Source: Butyrivibrio sp. (GTDB lineage: Bacteria > Bacillota > Clostridia > Lachnospirales > Lachnospiraceae). From it: a stretch of 64,000 bases of DNA. Shown piece by piece: positions 47,919 to 57,477 of this stretch. The notes beneath the pieces are model-generated. The model had not been told where the DNA came from. It ran no database searches and saw only the letters and a program-made list of their open reading frames with translations. The translations under genes were made by a program, and so were the position numbers. The stretch lies in contig JAILPB010000129.1 in the NCBI GenBank assembly GCA_024690485.1, forward strand, positions 4,380 to 68,379, given 5' to 3'. Each line of letters opens with the position of its first letter. Within the stretch, counting starts at the first letter, position 1.

Positions 47919-49859
47919 TTAATCAGCAAGCCACTCTTCAAACATCAAAATATACCATATGAGCGGCTGCCAGTCTCCCTTATCAACTGCAAAATCTTTC
48001 CATACCTTAGACACAACCTCGGGATTAAGATATCCTTCTCTCTTTATCTTTTCAGGAGAAAGCATATCCTCTGCCCACTGTCTAAGCTCAGTGTCACGCA
48101 GCCACTTTCCCACAGGAATAGAAAAGCCCTTCTTTGGTCTATCCACAAGTTCCCTGGGAACATATCTGTATAACACATTTCTTAGAACTTGCTTACCTGT
48201 GCCGGTCTTAGGATCAAGTAAAAGCTCTGTAGGAAGGCTCCATGCAAATTCCACAACGTCAGGGTCCAGCATCGGTATTCTGCTCTCAAGTGACACTGCC
48301 ATTCCGCATCTGTCCACCTTCACAAGGATGTCATCTGGATGATACATCTTCATATCCATAAGCATAATGTCATGATTTACTTCAGAGAGCACATCCTTAT
48401 CAGACAGGGAATACTTATAAGGAAGCATCACCTTGCTCTTTGCAACATCCATAGCATGGGGTGCCATCTCATACTGTATTCTGTATAAATCTTCAGGGCT
48501 CTTTGCCTGAAGAAGTCTTGCCTTATCCTTTGCAACCTGTCCCTTAGCAGTACCTGTCTTTAACAGGAGTTTTCCGGCAGGTCCTCTTAAAGCTGCAGGG
48601 ATACTGTGCATCTTTCCCCAGATTCTTCTTACAGATTCATAGGATCTGTATCCGCAAAAGAGCTCATCTCCGCCATCACCGGAGAGAGATACCGTCACAT
48701 GTTCCCTTGTCATCTTACTTACAAGATATGTAGGAATCTGGGATGAATCCGCAAAGGGTTCACCAAACATGTGAGCAATACTTGGAATTACTTTTTTAGC
48801 ATCATCCTCTGTGATATATAGCTCAGTATGGTCTGTACCAAGGTGCTTTGCGATTTCCTTTGCAACCTCAGCCTCGTTGTATTTAGGATCCTCCATACCA
48901 ATAGTGAAAGTTCTTACATTTTCACTGCTCTCCTGCTGCATAAGGGAGACAATTGTGGAAGAATCAATTCCTGCAGATAAAAAAGCCCCGATAGGAACAT
49001 CGGAAACAAGCTGTCCCTTTATGGAAGCGCGAAGTCTCCTCTCAAGCTCATCTGCCGCCTCAACTTCACTTCCCTTAAAGATATTCTCTCTGCCTTTCTT
49101 TGCAACCTCTGTTATATCGTAATAGGTCTCAAAGCTGTAGGCTCCGCCTGAAGTCTGGACTCCAAGTATAGTCTCCTCGTTCTCCCTTGTAAGGGGATTA
49201 AAATATGAAAAAGGCGCAGTAACCTTAAGGATAGTTCCCGGCTCAAGCTTATAGATATCCTGATAGATAGTGTAAGGAGCAGGGATATAGCCGTGGCAGA
49301 AGTAGATATTAAGTACTTCCTCACATATTCTGTTCTTAAAGCCTTCTATCTCCTTAAAGGCACCAATCTCAGATGCAAAAGCAAATGCACCGTTTACAAA
49401 ACCGTAGTAAAGAGGCTTCTCGCCGATTCTGTCCCTTGCAAGGCAAATTTCATGGGTCTCCATGTCATAAACCGCAAGAGCGAACATTCCCTTGCAGAAT
49501 TTCAACGTCTCTGAAAGCCCAAGGTGCTCTATTCCTTCAAGAAGAACTTCCGTATCGGAGGTTCCTCTGAACTTATCCACAAGGCCCTTTTCCACAAGTT
49601 TCCTCGCAAGGTCGTCTGAATTGTAGATCTCGCCGTTGTAGCAGATGGCATATCTTTCGCTGTGGGAAACCATGGGCTGAGCACCCTTCTCAGAGAGATC
49701 TCGTATGGAAAGTCTCCTATGTCCAAGGAGCACCATATCATCTGAACTTCTCCAGATTCCTCTAGCATCAGGACCTCTGTGGGTGAGCCTGTCTGTCATT
49801 TTCTCTATGCTTTTTTGTCCGTCTCGCCTGCATCCGCAAAGACCTGCTATTCCGCACAT
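47919..49859 (-). CDS. asnB: Asparagine synthase (glutamine-hydrolyzing) family amidotransferase, probably WbpS-like glycan amidation
   Basis: MCGIAG, HRGPD, NGEIYN, RDRIGEKPLYY, LSAGIDSS, SGDGGDELF.GY, KVDR..M..SLE.R.P, RPKKGF. Confidence 0.9.
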   Translation of the reverse strand: MCGIAGLCGCRRDGQKSIEKMTDRLTHRGPDARGIWRSSDDMVLLGHRRLSIRDLSEKGAQPMVSHSERYAICYNGEIYNSDDLARKLVEKGLVDKFRGTSDTEVLLEGIEHLGLSETLKFCKGMFALAVYDMETHEICLARDRIGEKPLYYGFVNGAFAFASEIGAFKEIEGFKNRICEEVLNIYFCHGYIPAPYTIYQDIYKLEPGTILKVTAPFSYFNPLTRENEETILGVQTSGGAYSFETYYDITEVAKKGRENIFKGSEVEAADELERRLRASIKGQLVSDVPIGAFLSAGIDSSTIVSLMQQESSENVRTFTIGMEDPKYNEAEVAKEIAKHLGTDHTELYITEDDAKKVIPSIAHMFGEPFADSSQIPTYLVSKMTREHVTVSLSGDGGDELFCGYRSYESVRRIWGKMHSIPAALRGPAGKLLLKTGTAKGQVAKDKARLLQAKSPEDLYRIQYEMAPHAMDVAKSKVMLPYKYSLSDKDVLSEVNHDIMLMDMKMYHPDDILVKVDRCGMAVSLESRIPMLDPDVVEFAWSLPTELLLDPKTGTGKQVLRNVLYRYVPRELVDRPKKGFSIPVGKWLRDTELRQWAEDMLSPEKIKREGYLNPEVVSKVWKDFAVDKGDWQPLIWYILMFEEWLAD

Positions 49860-49876
49860 ATAATTATCAACCTTTA

Positions 49877-50512
49877 TTATTTGTCTTTATTTTCCAGCTG
49901 CTGTTTTCTGTAAATATCAAAATCAATTGTGGACATCTCTGCGCCGCTCTGTACGCCGCTTCTCTTTAAGACCATTCCTATGGTCTTTCCAACAATCTTT
50001 AGATCCATCAGAAAAGAACAATTTCGTACATATTCAACATCATATCCAAAGCGGTCTTCCCAGCCTACTGTGTTTCTGCCGTTTACCTGAGCAAGTCCCG
50101 TGAGCCCCGGTCTTACATCATGTCTGTGGGCTTCCTCCTCTGAATACCAGGGAAGGTACTTTACCAGGAGAGGTCTTGGTCCAACAAGACTCATATCTCC
50201 CTTTAAGATATTTATAAACTCAGGAAGTTCATCAAGACTTGTAGCTCTAAAAATTCTTCCAAACTTAGGAAGTCTCTCCTCATCCGGAAGAAGTTCTCCG
50301 TTTTCATCTCTCTTATCTGTCATGGATCTGAATTTATAAAGTCTGAAAATCTTACCGTTTTTGCCGGGTCTTTCCTGAGAAAAGATCACAGGGCTTCCAA
50401 GCTTAACTCTCACTAAAATAATGAGAATAACATATAAAGGGCTAAACACCACCAGCACAAACAGCGCAATTAAAAAATCCAGAATTCTTTTAATAACTTT
50501 TTCGTAGATCAA
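49877..50512 (-). CDS. Small monotopic phosphoglycosyl transferase (PglC/EpsL-like)
   Basis: KRILD, F.QERPG..GK.F..YKFRSM, LLPD..RL, SLDELP, MSLVGPRPLL..YL, RPGLTG.AQVNGRN; TTG start after AGGGAG. Confidence 0.92.
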   Translation of the reverse strand: MIYEKVIKRILDFLIALFVLVVFSPLYVILIILVRVKLGSPVIFSQERPGKNGKIFRLYKFRSMTDKRDENGELLPDEERLPKFGRIFRATSLDELPEFINILKGDMSLVGPRPLLVKYLPWYSEEEAHRHDVRPGLTGLAQVNGRNTVGWEDRFGYDVEYVRNCSFLMDLKIVGKTIGMVLKRSGVQSGAEMSTIDFDIYRKQQLENKDK

Positions 50513-50532
50513 CGTCGTCTCCCTTAAAACAC

Positions 50533-51789
50533 TTACATCAGGCTCTCAAAATATTCCTTCCAAATCCTGTTGATGTTGTCAGGGCTGTAGGTATCTCTTA
50601 CCTTAACCGCATTCTTTGAAAGCTTCTTTTGTTTTTCTTCATCTGACATCAGGCATTTTAACTTGTCTGCCAGTTCATTTATCATTGTATCCTCATCAGC
50701 CATACTGATAAGCATACCATTTTCCCCATCCTCTATTATGTCCCTTGGACCGCCGCAGGGGCAATCAGTGGAAATAGAAGCTATTCCCATGGACATAGCT
50801 TCTATAAGGGCATTGGGCATACCCTCCTGTTTTGATGTAAGTACAAATATCCTTGCATCACTTATTTTATCCGGAACATCCCTTACATTTCCGGTAAAGG
50901 TTATATTCGCTCCGGTACTGCCTGCGTATTCCTCAAAAGCCTTTCTAGAAGGACCATCCCCGTAGATAACAAGTTCATAGTCCGGAAAGTCTCTGTATAC
51001 TTTCTCGAAAGCCTTAATAAGAAGTATCTGATTCTTATTCTCATCAAGTCTTCCAACGGATACTATCTTCTTTTTCCTGCTATCTATATCCGTGACCGGA
51101 GTTGTCATAAAGCGCTCATTTATGGAATTTGGAAGTATTCTGCTCTTTTTCCTGATACTGCCTTTAAAATACTCCGCAGCTCCTGTTGTCTGAAGTACAA
51201 CTCCTGCCGCCTTAGGGAAAAGATAATTCATTGCAAGATTTAGTCCCTTAGGGGCATACTCCCTTGAGGGGTTGGACCTTACTGAAACAACTACGGGAAT
51301 GCCAAGTCCTCTTGCGGATTGGATCGCCATAACATTGTTTTTTCCAAGGAAGGACAAAATAAGATCCGGCTTTATACGCTTCCAGGTATCCGTAAGCTTT
51401 CCAAGCCTTCTTGTAAAATTGCTTATTCTGCCGCCCTTTTCCTCAGGAAGGAGCGCCGTGAACTCTCTTCGTATTCCAGTTTCTTCGGAATCATTTACAG
51501 GAACTTCCACATATCTTATTTCCTCTTCGGGCGTAAGAACCTTTAACACTTTTGTTTTAGGCTCATCAGATGATACCTCAGAGTTCGTAACAAATCTCTC
51601 ATAGTCCTCTTTTGATACTCTCTTATAGGCGCCATGGGGAACCTCGAATTCATCATCTGCAAGATATGTGGTGACCAAAGTGACATCATAACCAATCCCG
51701 TAGAAATACTCTGCGAGATTGCACATAACTCTCTCTGCTCCGCCCTTGTTAAGGGACCCTATATACATCGCAATATGCTTTTTGCTCAT
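50533..51789 (-). CDS. Glycosyltransferase family 4 (PglH/PglJ-like)
   Basis: GGAERV, VGRL...KN, EGMPNALIEAM, STDCP.GGP. Start set at ATG 51789, overlapping the asnB stop (TGATG). Confidence 0.88.
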   Translation of the reverse strand: MSKKHIAMYIGSLNKGGAERVMCNLAEYFYGIGYDVTLVTTYLADDEFEVPHGAYKRVSKEDYERFVTNSEVSSDEPKTKVLKVLTPEEEIRYVEVPVNDSEETGIRREFTALLPEEKGGRISNFTRRLGKLTDTWKRIKPDLILSFLGKNNVMAIQSARGLGIPVVVSVRSNPSREYAPKGLNLAMNYLFPKAAGVVLQTTGAAEYFKGSIRKKSRILPNSINERFMTTPVTDIDSRKKKIVSVGRLDENKNQILLIKAFEKVYRDFPDYELVIYGDGPSRKAFEEYAGSTGANITFTGNVRDVPDKISDARIFVLTSKQEGMPNALIEAMSMGIASISTDCPCGGPRDIIEDGENGMLISMADEDTMINELADKLKCLMSDEEKQKKLSKNAVKVRDTYSPDNINRIWKEYFESLM

Positions 51790-53732
51790 CACTTCTTCAT
51801 CCATTTCTCATACCACATCTGGAAGTTGAAAAAGCTCCATGCAAGTTTAGAATAATTGGCGCCTGTAGCCGGGCCGCCATCACCCTTTTCAATATAATTT
51901 CTTATGAACTTTGAGGCATAATCAGCATCAAAAACGTTCTGATTCTTAAGGAAAGAAACATCACTATAATCAATAAGCTTATCCTTAAGAGGTCCTCTAA
52001 GCCACGCATCCATAGGAACTCCAAAACCTTTCTTTGGCCTATCCAAAAGTTCCTTGGGAATATAGTCATAAGCAATATCCTTGAGGATATGCTTCTTATC
52101 GCCATTATAATACTTAAAGGCGTGAGGAATCCTGAAGCTGTACTCCATTACCTCTGTATCCATGATAGGACAACGGCACTCCAGTGAATACTTCATTGAA
52201 GCTCTATCCATCTTAACAAGGATATCTCCCGGAAGGTATGTATCCATATCAAGGAGCATTCTTCTAACCTGCCAGTTTGATACATCATAGGATGATTCAA
52301 TAGGATATTTGCAGGGTAAAACTCCCTCTGTTCCATAGATTCCCTGCCTGTATTCATCAAAAGTTATACGCTCATCCATTGCCTCTTTTCCTGAGATAAA
52401 GGCATGAGAAGCCTTGATATAACTTGGTGATGCAAACTGAGTCTTGGTCTCGGGATCTCTGTTTCCTGCAACAATCTGAACTCTGAAGGGAAGCTTGTTT
52501 AAAAGTTTTCCGCTTCCTACAGGAATCTGACCTATTGCATTTACTATAGCTCCCGGCACATCCAGTTTCTGAGCCTGAGCAGCATTGTCATATATATTAT
52601 ATCCGCAGAAAAACTCATCTCCGCCATCGCCTGACAGGGCTACGGTTACATCCTGTCTTGCGAGCTTGCACACAAGCATGGTGGGAATCTGTGATTCATC
52701 TGCGAAAGGTTCGTCGTAGTACTGAGGAATGCTCTCCACAAGATCAAGCATTTCCTTTTCATCTATATATAATTCTGTATGATCTGTTCCAAGGTGCTCT
52801 GCTACCTTCTTAGCAAATTCTGCCTCGTTATAATCAGGCATGTTGAATCCGATGCTGAAGGTCTTTACAGGATCCTTGCTGTTTTCCTGAGCAAGAGCAG
52901 TAATAAGAGATGAATCATAACCACCTGATAAAAATGCACCAAGAGGCACATCAGCTATCATTCTGTTTGCTACAGACTTCTGAAGTCTCTCCTTAAGTCC
53001 TGCCTTTGCTTCATCATAGCTCTTAACCTGGTCTGCGGACATCTTCTTATAAGCATCCCTGATGGTCCAGTAATGTCTCTTTGAGATCTCACCGTCCTTA
53101 AATGTCAGAATCTGTCCGGGTTCAAGCTGCCATACGTTCTCAAAGATCGAGTACGGTGCATTTACATACTGCTGGAACATGAATCTCGGAATCACATTTC
53201 TTCTAATCTCGGCCTTAAATCCGGGGCAGGTCATAATTGGCTTAAGTTCTGAAGCAAATACAATATTTCCATCTTCAAGCCAGTAGTAGAGAGGCTTTTT
53301 ACCGATCCTGTCTCTTGCAAGGATTACCTTGCCACTTTCTCTATCATAGATTGCAAGTCCGAACATTCCGTGAATATGGCTTACAAAATCCTCGCCCCAC
53401 TTAAGGTAAGCTGCAAGGATTACCTCTGTATCACTTGTTGATTTATAGGGGTAATCAGAAAGCTCCTCTTTAAGCTCAAGGAAGTTATAGATCTCTCCGT
53501 TAAAAATAATTGATACTCTGCCGTCGCAGGAATCCATGGGCTGATGTCCAAGAGGGGATAGATCAAGGATTGAAAGTCTCCTCTGTGCAAAACCTATTAC
53601 ATATCCGTTTTTCCCGTCGTAGAGCTCTACTCCGCTATCGTTGGGACCTCTGTGAATCATGGTATCATTCATGACCCCGAGCTGCTCTTTTGTTATTCTG
53701 TTTTTAGATACGTATCCACAGATACCACACAT
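51789..53732 (-). CDS. asnB: Second asparagine synthase-family amidotransferase
   Basis: MCGICG, HRGPND, NGEIYN, RDRIGKKPLYY, LSGGYDSS, SGDGGDEFF.GY, KMDRASM..SLE.R.P, RPKKGF. Confidence 0.9.
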   Translation of the reverse strand: MCGICGYVSKNRITKEQLGVMNDTMIHRGPNDSGVELYDGKNGYVIGFAQRRLSILDLSPLGHQPMDSCDGRVSIIFNGEIYNFLELKEELSDYPYKSTSDTEVILAAYLKWGEDFVSHIHGMFGLAIYDRESGKVILARDRIGKKPLYYWLEDGNIVFASELKPIMTCPGFKAEIRRNVIPRFMFQQYVNAPYSIFENVWQLEPGQILTFKDGEISKRHYWTIRDAYKKMSADQVKSYDEAKAGLKERLQKSVANRMIADVPLGAFLSGGYDSSLITALAQENSKDPVKTFSIGFNMPDYNEAEFAKKVAEHLGTDHTELYIDEKEMLDLVESIPQYYDEPFADESQIPTMLVCKLARQDVTVALSGDGGDEFFCGYNIYDNAAQAQKLDVPGAIVNAIGQIPVGSGKLLNKLPFRVQIVAGNRDPETKTQFASPSYIKASHAFISGKEAMDERITFDEYRQGIYGTEGVLPCKYPIESSYDVSNWQVRRMLLDMDTYLPGDILVKMDRASMKYSLECRCPIMDTEVMEYSFRIPHAFKYYNGDKKHILKDIAYDYIPKELLDRPKKGFGVPMDAWLRGPLKDKLIDYSDVSFLKNQNVFDADYASKFIRNYIEKGDGGPATGANYSKLAWSFFNFQMWYEKWMKK

Positions 53733-53745
53733 AAATTGCTCCTTA

Positions 53746-54849
53746 TCAGGCCTTAGCCAAAACTCCCTCTAAGTAGTCTCTCCACTGCTCAAATACTACC
53801 TTAGAGTTTGCGATGTCATATACTTTTTCAGCTTCTTTCCCAAAAGTCCTTGCCAGTTCCTTATCCTCGATAAGTCTGCAAACCCTGTCGGCAAGCGCAT
53901 CTGCATCTCCAACAGGCACAAGGAAACCGTTCTCTCCGTCTCTTATGACCATTCTCGGTCCTCCGGGAGGACAATCCGTTGAAACTACAGGCATTCCCAT
54001 GGCCATAGCTTCAAGAAGAGAATTAGGGAATCCCTCATAGTCAGAACTATAGGCATAAACTTCCCCTTTGGGAATCTCTTTATCTATATCATTACTGGGG
54101 CCCATCAGGAAAATATAGTCCCCTGCTTTATTATCTGCAATCCTCTTTTCAATCTTTTCCTTGGTTCCATCCTCAGAACCACCGCCGTATATCCTGAGAA
54201 CATAGTCGGGGTGCTTGTCGTGAACCTTGATAAAAGCGTCGCAGAGCATAAGCTGATTTTTAAAATCCACAAGTCTTGCGTGGTGTACCACTGCTTTGTC
54301 AGGCACTGCCGGGTGCTCTACTCCGTGATATTTATCATTTATAGGATTTAAGATAATTGCGGAATTATCCTGCAGGTAGGGCTTAAAAAATGCCCTCTGA
54401 TCCTCAGTCTGGAAAACACATCCTGCTGCTCTGGGGAAAAGCCACTTGATCTGAATCTTATCTGAAAAGGCATCATAGTTTCCCACAGGATTGATTCTGA
54501 CTGAAATAACCGTAGGTGTTTTCGTCTTTTTCTGTGCCATGAGAGCTCTGTAATTTGCTCTGTGGGCAAAGGCAACCAGAATGTCCGGTTTACACTCCTC
54601 CAAAAACTCCTCAAGGTATCTGACTCTTAACATGAACTTGGTGATGCGGCTCTTATTTTCATCGCTGTCCTTTAAGCCAACGTGAACTCTATTCACTCTC
54701 TCATCAAGCTCGAATTCATTATCCCCGTACCACTCGGTAGCTATATAAACTTCGTAGCCCTCTTTTGCGAACTGGTTGGCGAGAGTACTTACAACTCTCT
54801 CTGCGCCGCCCTGCTCAAGGGTATTTAAATGAAATGCAATTCTCTTCAT
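53746..54849 (-). CDS. Glycosyltransferase family 4 (PglH/PglJ-like)
   Basis: GGAERV...LAN, SSDYEGFPNSLLEAMA.G.PVVSTDCP.GGP. Confidence 0.9.
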   Translation of the reverse strand: MKRIAFHLNTLEQGGAERVVSTLANQFAKEGYEVYIATEWYGDNEFELDERVNRVHVGLKDSDENKSRITKFMLRVRYLEEFLEECKPDILVAFAHRANYRALMAQKKTKTPTVISVRINPVGNYDAFSDKIQIKWLFPRAAGCVFQTEDQRAFFKPYLQDNSAIILNPINDKYHGVEHPAVPDKAVVHHARLVDFKNQLMLCDAFIKVHDKHPDYVLRIYGGGSEDGTKEKIEKRIADNKAGDYIFLMGPSNDIDKEIPKGEVYAYSSDYEGFPNSLLEAMAMGMPVVSTDCPPGGPRMVIRDGENGFLVPVGDADALADRVCRLIEDKELARTFGKEAEKVYDIANSKVVFEQWRDYLEGVLAKA

Positions 54850-54874
54850 AGTATTACCGTCTTAAATCTTTTCA

Positions 54875-56323
54875 TCAGAAATTCTGATATATAAAGGAAG
54901 CCGCGTCGTAGCCTGGTCCCCACACGCCGCAGGTAACTACAAACACTACTGCTGCAATATATATCACCCATCTAAGCCAGAGGCTCTGCTTTGTGATCAC
55001 ATCCCTTACAAGAATTCCTTTTTCATTAAGTATATCAACTACAATAAGTACTGCTATTGATATAAGCATAAGTCTCACATCTGCTGCCACAAGTCCAAGT
55101 CCAAACAGGGTACCGTCAAACAACACTGCAGGTGTAAGAGTCCACATATTCTTTATAAAATAAAGGGCGCAGTTAAAATCAGGAGCTCTAAAAAATATCC
55201 AGCCGATGTTTACAAGCATAAATGTCACTGCGATCTTGATAAGCTTATGTGAAAAACTCTCTCTGTCTATCTTACAGGCTTTTACTAAAGCATCTCTTAC
55301 GGTCTTTAATACTATACCAAGAACCTGATATAGTCCATGAAGAAGTCCCCATACTACAAAGGTCCATGCTGCTCCGTGCCAAAGTCCGCTTATAGCAAAG
55401 ACGATACATATGTTGATAAGCTTTCTGACATAACCCTTTCTGTTTCCGCCAAGGGGAATATAGATATAGTCCTTGAGCCAGGAAGAAAGTGATATATGCC
55501 ATTTTCTCCAAAATGCAGCAACAGAGTCCGCAAGATAAGGCTGCTTGAAATTCTGCATAATGTCGATACCCATTATCTTTGCAGCGCCTATAGCTATATT
55601 GGAATAGCCTGCAAAGTCACAATATATCTCCATTGTATAAAAAATCGCCGTAAGAAACAAAACTGTTCCCTTATATTCCTCATATGAGGAATAGACTGTG
55701 TTTACCATAATAGCAAGTCTGTCTGCAATTACGATCTTCTGGAAAAATCCCCAAAGCATCATCAATAGTCCGTCTCTCATCCTGTCGTAGGAGAAATCCT
55801 TTGGATCAGAGTACTGAGGAAGCATGTTTCCGGCTCTCTCGATAGGACCTGATGTAACTGTTGCAAAAAATGAAATAAACAGTGCTACCTTTAAATAGTT
55901 TTTCTCAGGAGAAATCTTTTCTTTGTAGCAATCTGCAATATATCCGATCGACTGGAAAATATAAAAGGAAATGCCAACAGGAACTATTATTCCAAGAGCT
56001 ACTCTGTCCGCATCTGCTACACCTCTGATATCATTAACTATATCAAGGATAAATCCTGCATACTTAAAATATCCAAGAAGCAGTACATCCAAGACTACCG
56101 CAGATATCAAAACCACTTTTCTGTTTTTTCCCATCAAAAGACCTGCAACGTAAGTGATAACCGTCACCAGCAAAAGGAAAATCAGGAGCTTTCCGCTTAC
56201 CAGATAATAGAATCCAAGGCTTGCCGCTAAAAGCCAGATGTATCTGACCTTCTTAGGAACAATGTAATATACCGCAATTGTAGCTATCAAAAATAATAAA
56301 AATCCCCACGAAACGAATTGCAT
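54875..56323 (-). CDS. MBOAT family O-acyltransferase (AlgI/PatA/DltB-like)
   Basis: PVGISFY.FQ, SGPI.R, IYCDFAGYS, NF..PY, FWRKWHISLS.W..DYIYIPLGGNR, SGLWHGA, C-terminal FIYQNF. Start set at ATG 56323. Confidence 0.92.
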   Translation of the reverse strand: MQFVSWGFLLFLIATIAVYYIVPKKVRYIWLLAASLGFYYLVSGKLLIFLLLVTVITYVAGLLMGKNRKVVLISAVVLDVLLLGYFKYAGFILDIVNDIRGVADADRVALGIIVPVGISFYIFQSIGYIADCYKEKISPEKNYLKVALFISFFATVTSGPIERAGNMLPQYSDPKDFSYDRMRDGLLMMLWGFFQKIVIADRLAIMVNTVYSSYEEYKGTVLFLTAIFYTMEIYCDFAGYSNIAIGAAKIMGIDIMQNFKQPYLADSVAAFWRKWHISLSSWLKDYIYIPLGGNRKGYVRKLINICIVFAISGLWHGAAWTFVVWGLLHGLYQVLGIVLKTVRDALVKACKIDRESFSHKLIKIAVTFMLVNIGWIFFRAPDFNCALYFIKNMWTLTPAVLFDGTLFGLGLVAADVRLMLISIAVLIVVDILNEKGILVRDVITKQSLWLRWVIYIAAVVFVVTCGVWGPGYDAASFIYQNF

Positions 56324-56372
56324 ATTTTCTCCCTGTCTATAATTTGTAACACTTTCTATATTATATACCAGC

Positions 56373-57458
56373 TTAGTCCAAGAGACTGTTGTAATCAAAA
56401 TTCTTCAAAAGCTCTTTCTCTGCTTCAAGATAGGAATCTATGTTTTCAGAAGTGATCCTGTCCTCTGAAACTCCGCTCTTTTCCCCATCCATAATAAGAT
56501 CCATGATTGTCATGTTCACATTTGGATCGTAGTGGGCCTGATCTCTGTATCTTGAGATGTCGGCAGTAATATCCGTGTGCATGGTAAAGCTGTAGATGTG
56601 AATATTGTCACACTCAAGCATTTTATCTATAGCATAGGCCTTGTAATAGAGCATCTTATCAAGGTCAGCTTCTTCCATGAGGTCCCCGAAATATGCCATG
56701 GAATAGGGCGGGAAAAAGTAAATAAATGTAGTCTCCGGATGCTGCCTTGCAAGACTTACAACGTTCTGTTCAATATTTCCGGCAAGCATTTCCAGCTCTT
56801 CTTTGGCAGGCTCATGAACTTTCTTGGGCCTCTTGTATTTTCCCTGTCCCATAAGGACATACTCTTTTCCATACTTTGCATTGGTACCGGTGTAACAGTA
56901 CTCATCAAAGCTTGTGTGTCCACCGTCCCTGCCCATGAAAAATCCTGCAAGGGCAGGCAGAGCATATCTTGAAATTACATCTTTATTGAGAAGGTACTTA
57001 ACGTCGTCCAATACGTTATCATTGGTAAGCCACACAGGATACTCACCCATATCAAGACGAAGTTCATCCTTATCCCTCACAAGAAGTGAGTAATCAAGTG
57101 GTCTTAATACATATTTGATATTGTGACCTGAATCAAAAGCTCTCTCCAGGTTATCATCTATCTCTTTATAAGTAGCTCCGGAATAAGGTACCTTGATGGT
57201 AGTTACATCCATTCCCCTATCAAACTGAGTAGCGTTAAAATTCTCAGCCATGGAAGTTCCTGTGATAATGGCATCGTAATCAAAGTTCCTTGTTATGCCA
57301 TCATTCTGGGACCTCTCATCATAAAGCTTATAAAAGAATTTCTCGTTAGGTGCTCTGTAATGGAAAAAGGGGTCCACAAAAAAGACCACTCCTCCTATCA
57401 AAAGAAGTGACAGCACAGTAAGTATTAAGCTTGTAAAAAACCATTTTTTAGCTGTCAT
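56373..57458 (-). CDS. Membrane-anchored SGNH-like O-acyltransferase partner (AlgJ/PatB/DltD-like)
   Basis: N-terminal TM with VDPF, GTSM block-I Ser, FPPYS and Y.D..HY Asp-x-x-His; lies between two MBOAT genes. Confidence 0.7.
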   Translation of the reverse strand: MTAKKWFFTSLILTVLSLLLIGGVVFFVDPFFHYRAPNEKFFYKLYDERSQNDGITRNFDYDAIITGTSMAENFNATQFDRGMDVTTIKVPYSGATYKEIDDNLERAFDSGHNIKYVLRPLDYSLLVRDKDELRLDMGEYPVWLTNDNVLDDVKYLLNKDVISRYALPALAGFFMGRDGGHTSFDEYCYTGTNAKYGKEYVLMGQGKYKRPKKVHEPAKEELEMLAGNIEQNVVSLARQHPETTFIYFFPPYSMAYFGDLMEEADLDKMLYYKAYAIDKMLECDNIHIYSFTMHTDITADISRYRDQAHYDPNVNMTIMDLIMDGEKSGVSEDRITSENIDSYLEAEKELLKNFDYNSLLD

Positions 57459-57477
57459 GTTTTTCCTCTAAATGTCA

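Noticed and set aside
56324-56372. TATAAT upstream of the 54875 MBOAT gene
   Set aside because: No acceptable -35 at 16-18 bp and no extended -10.
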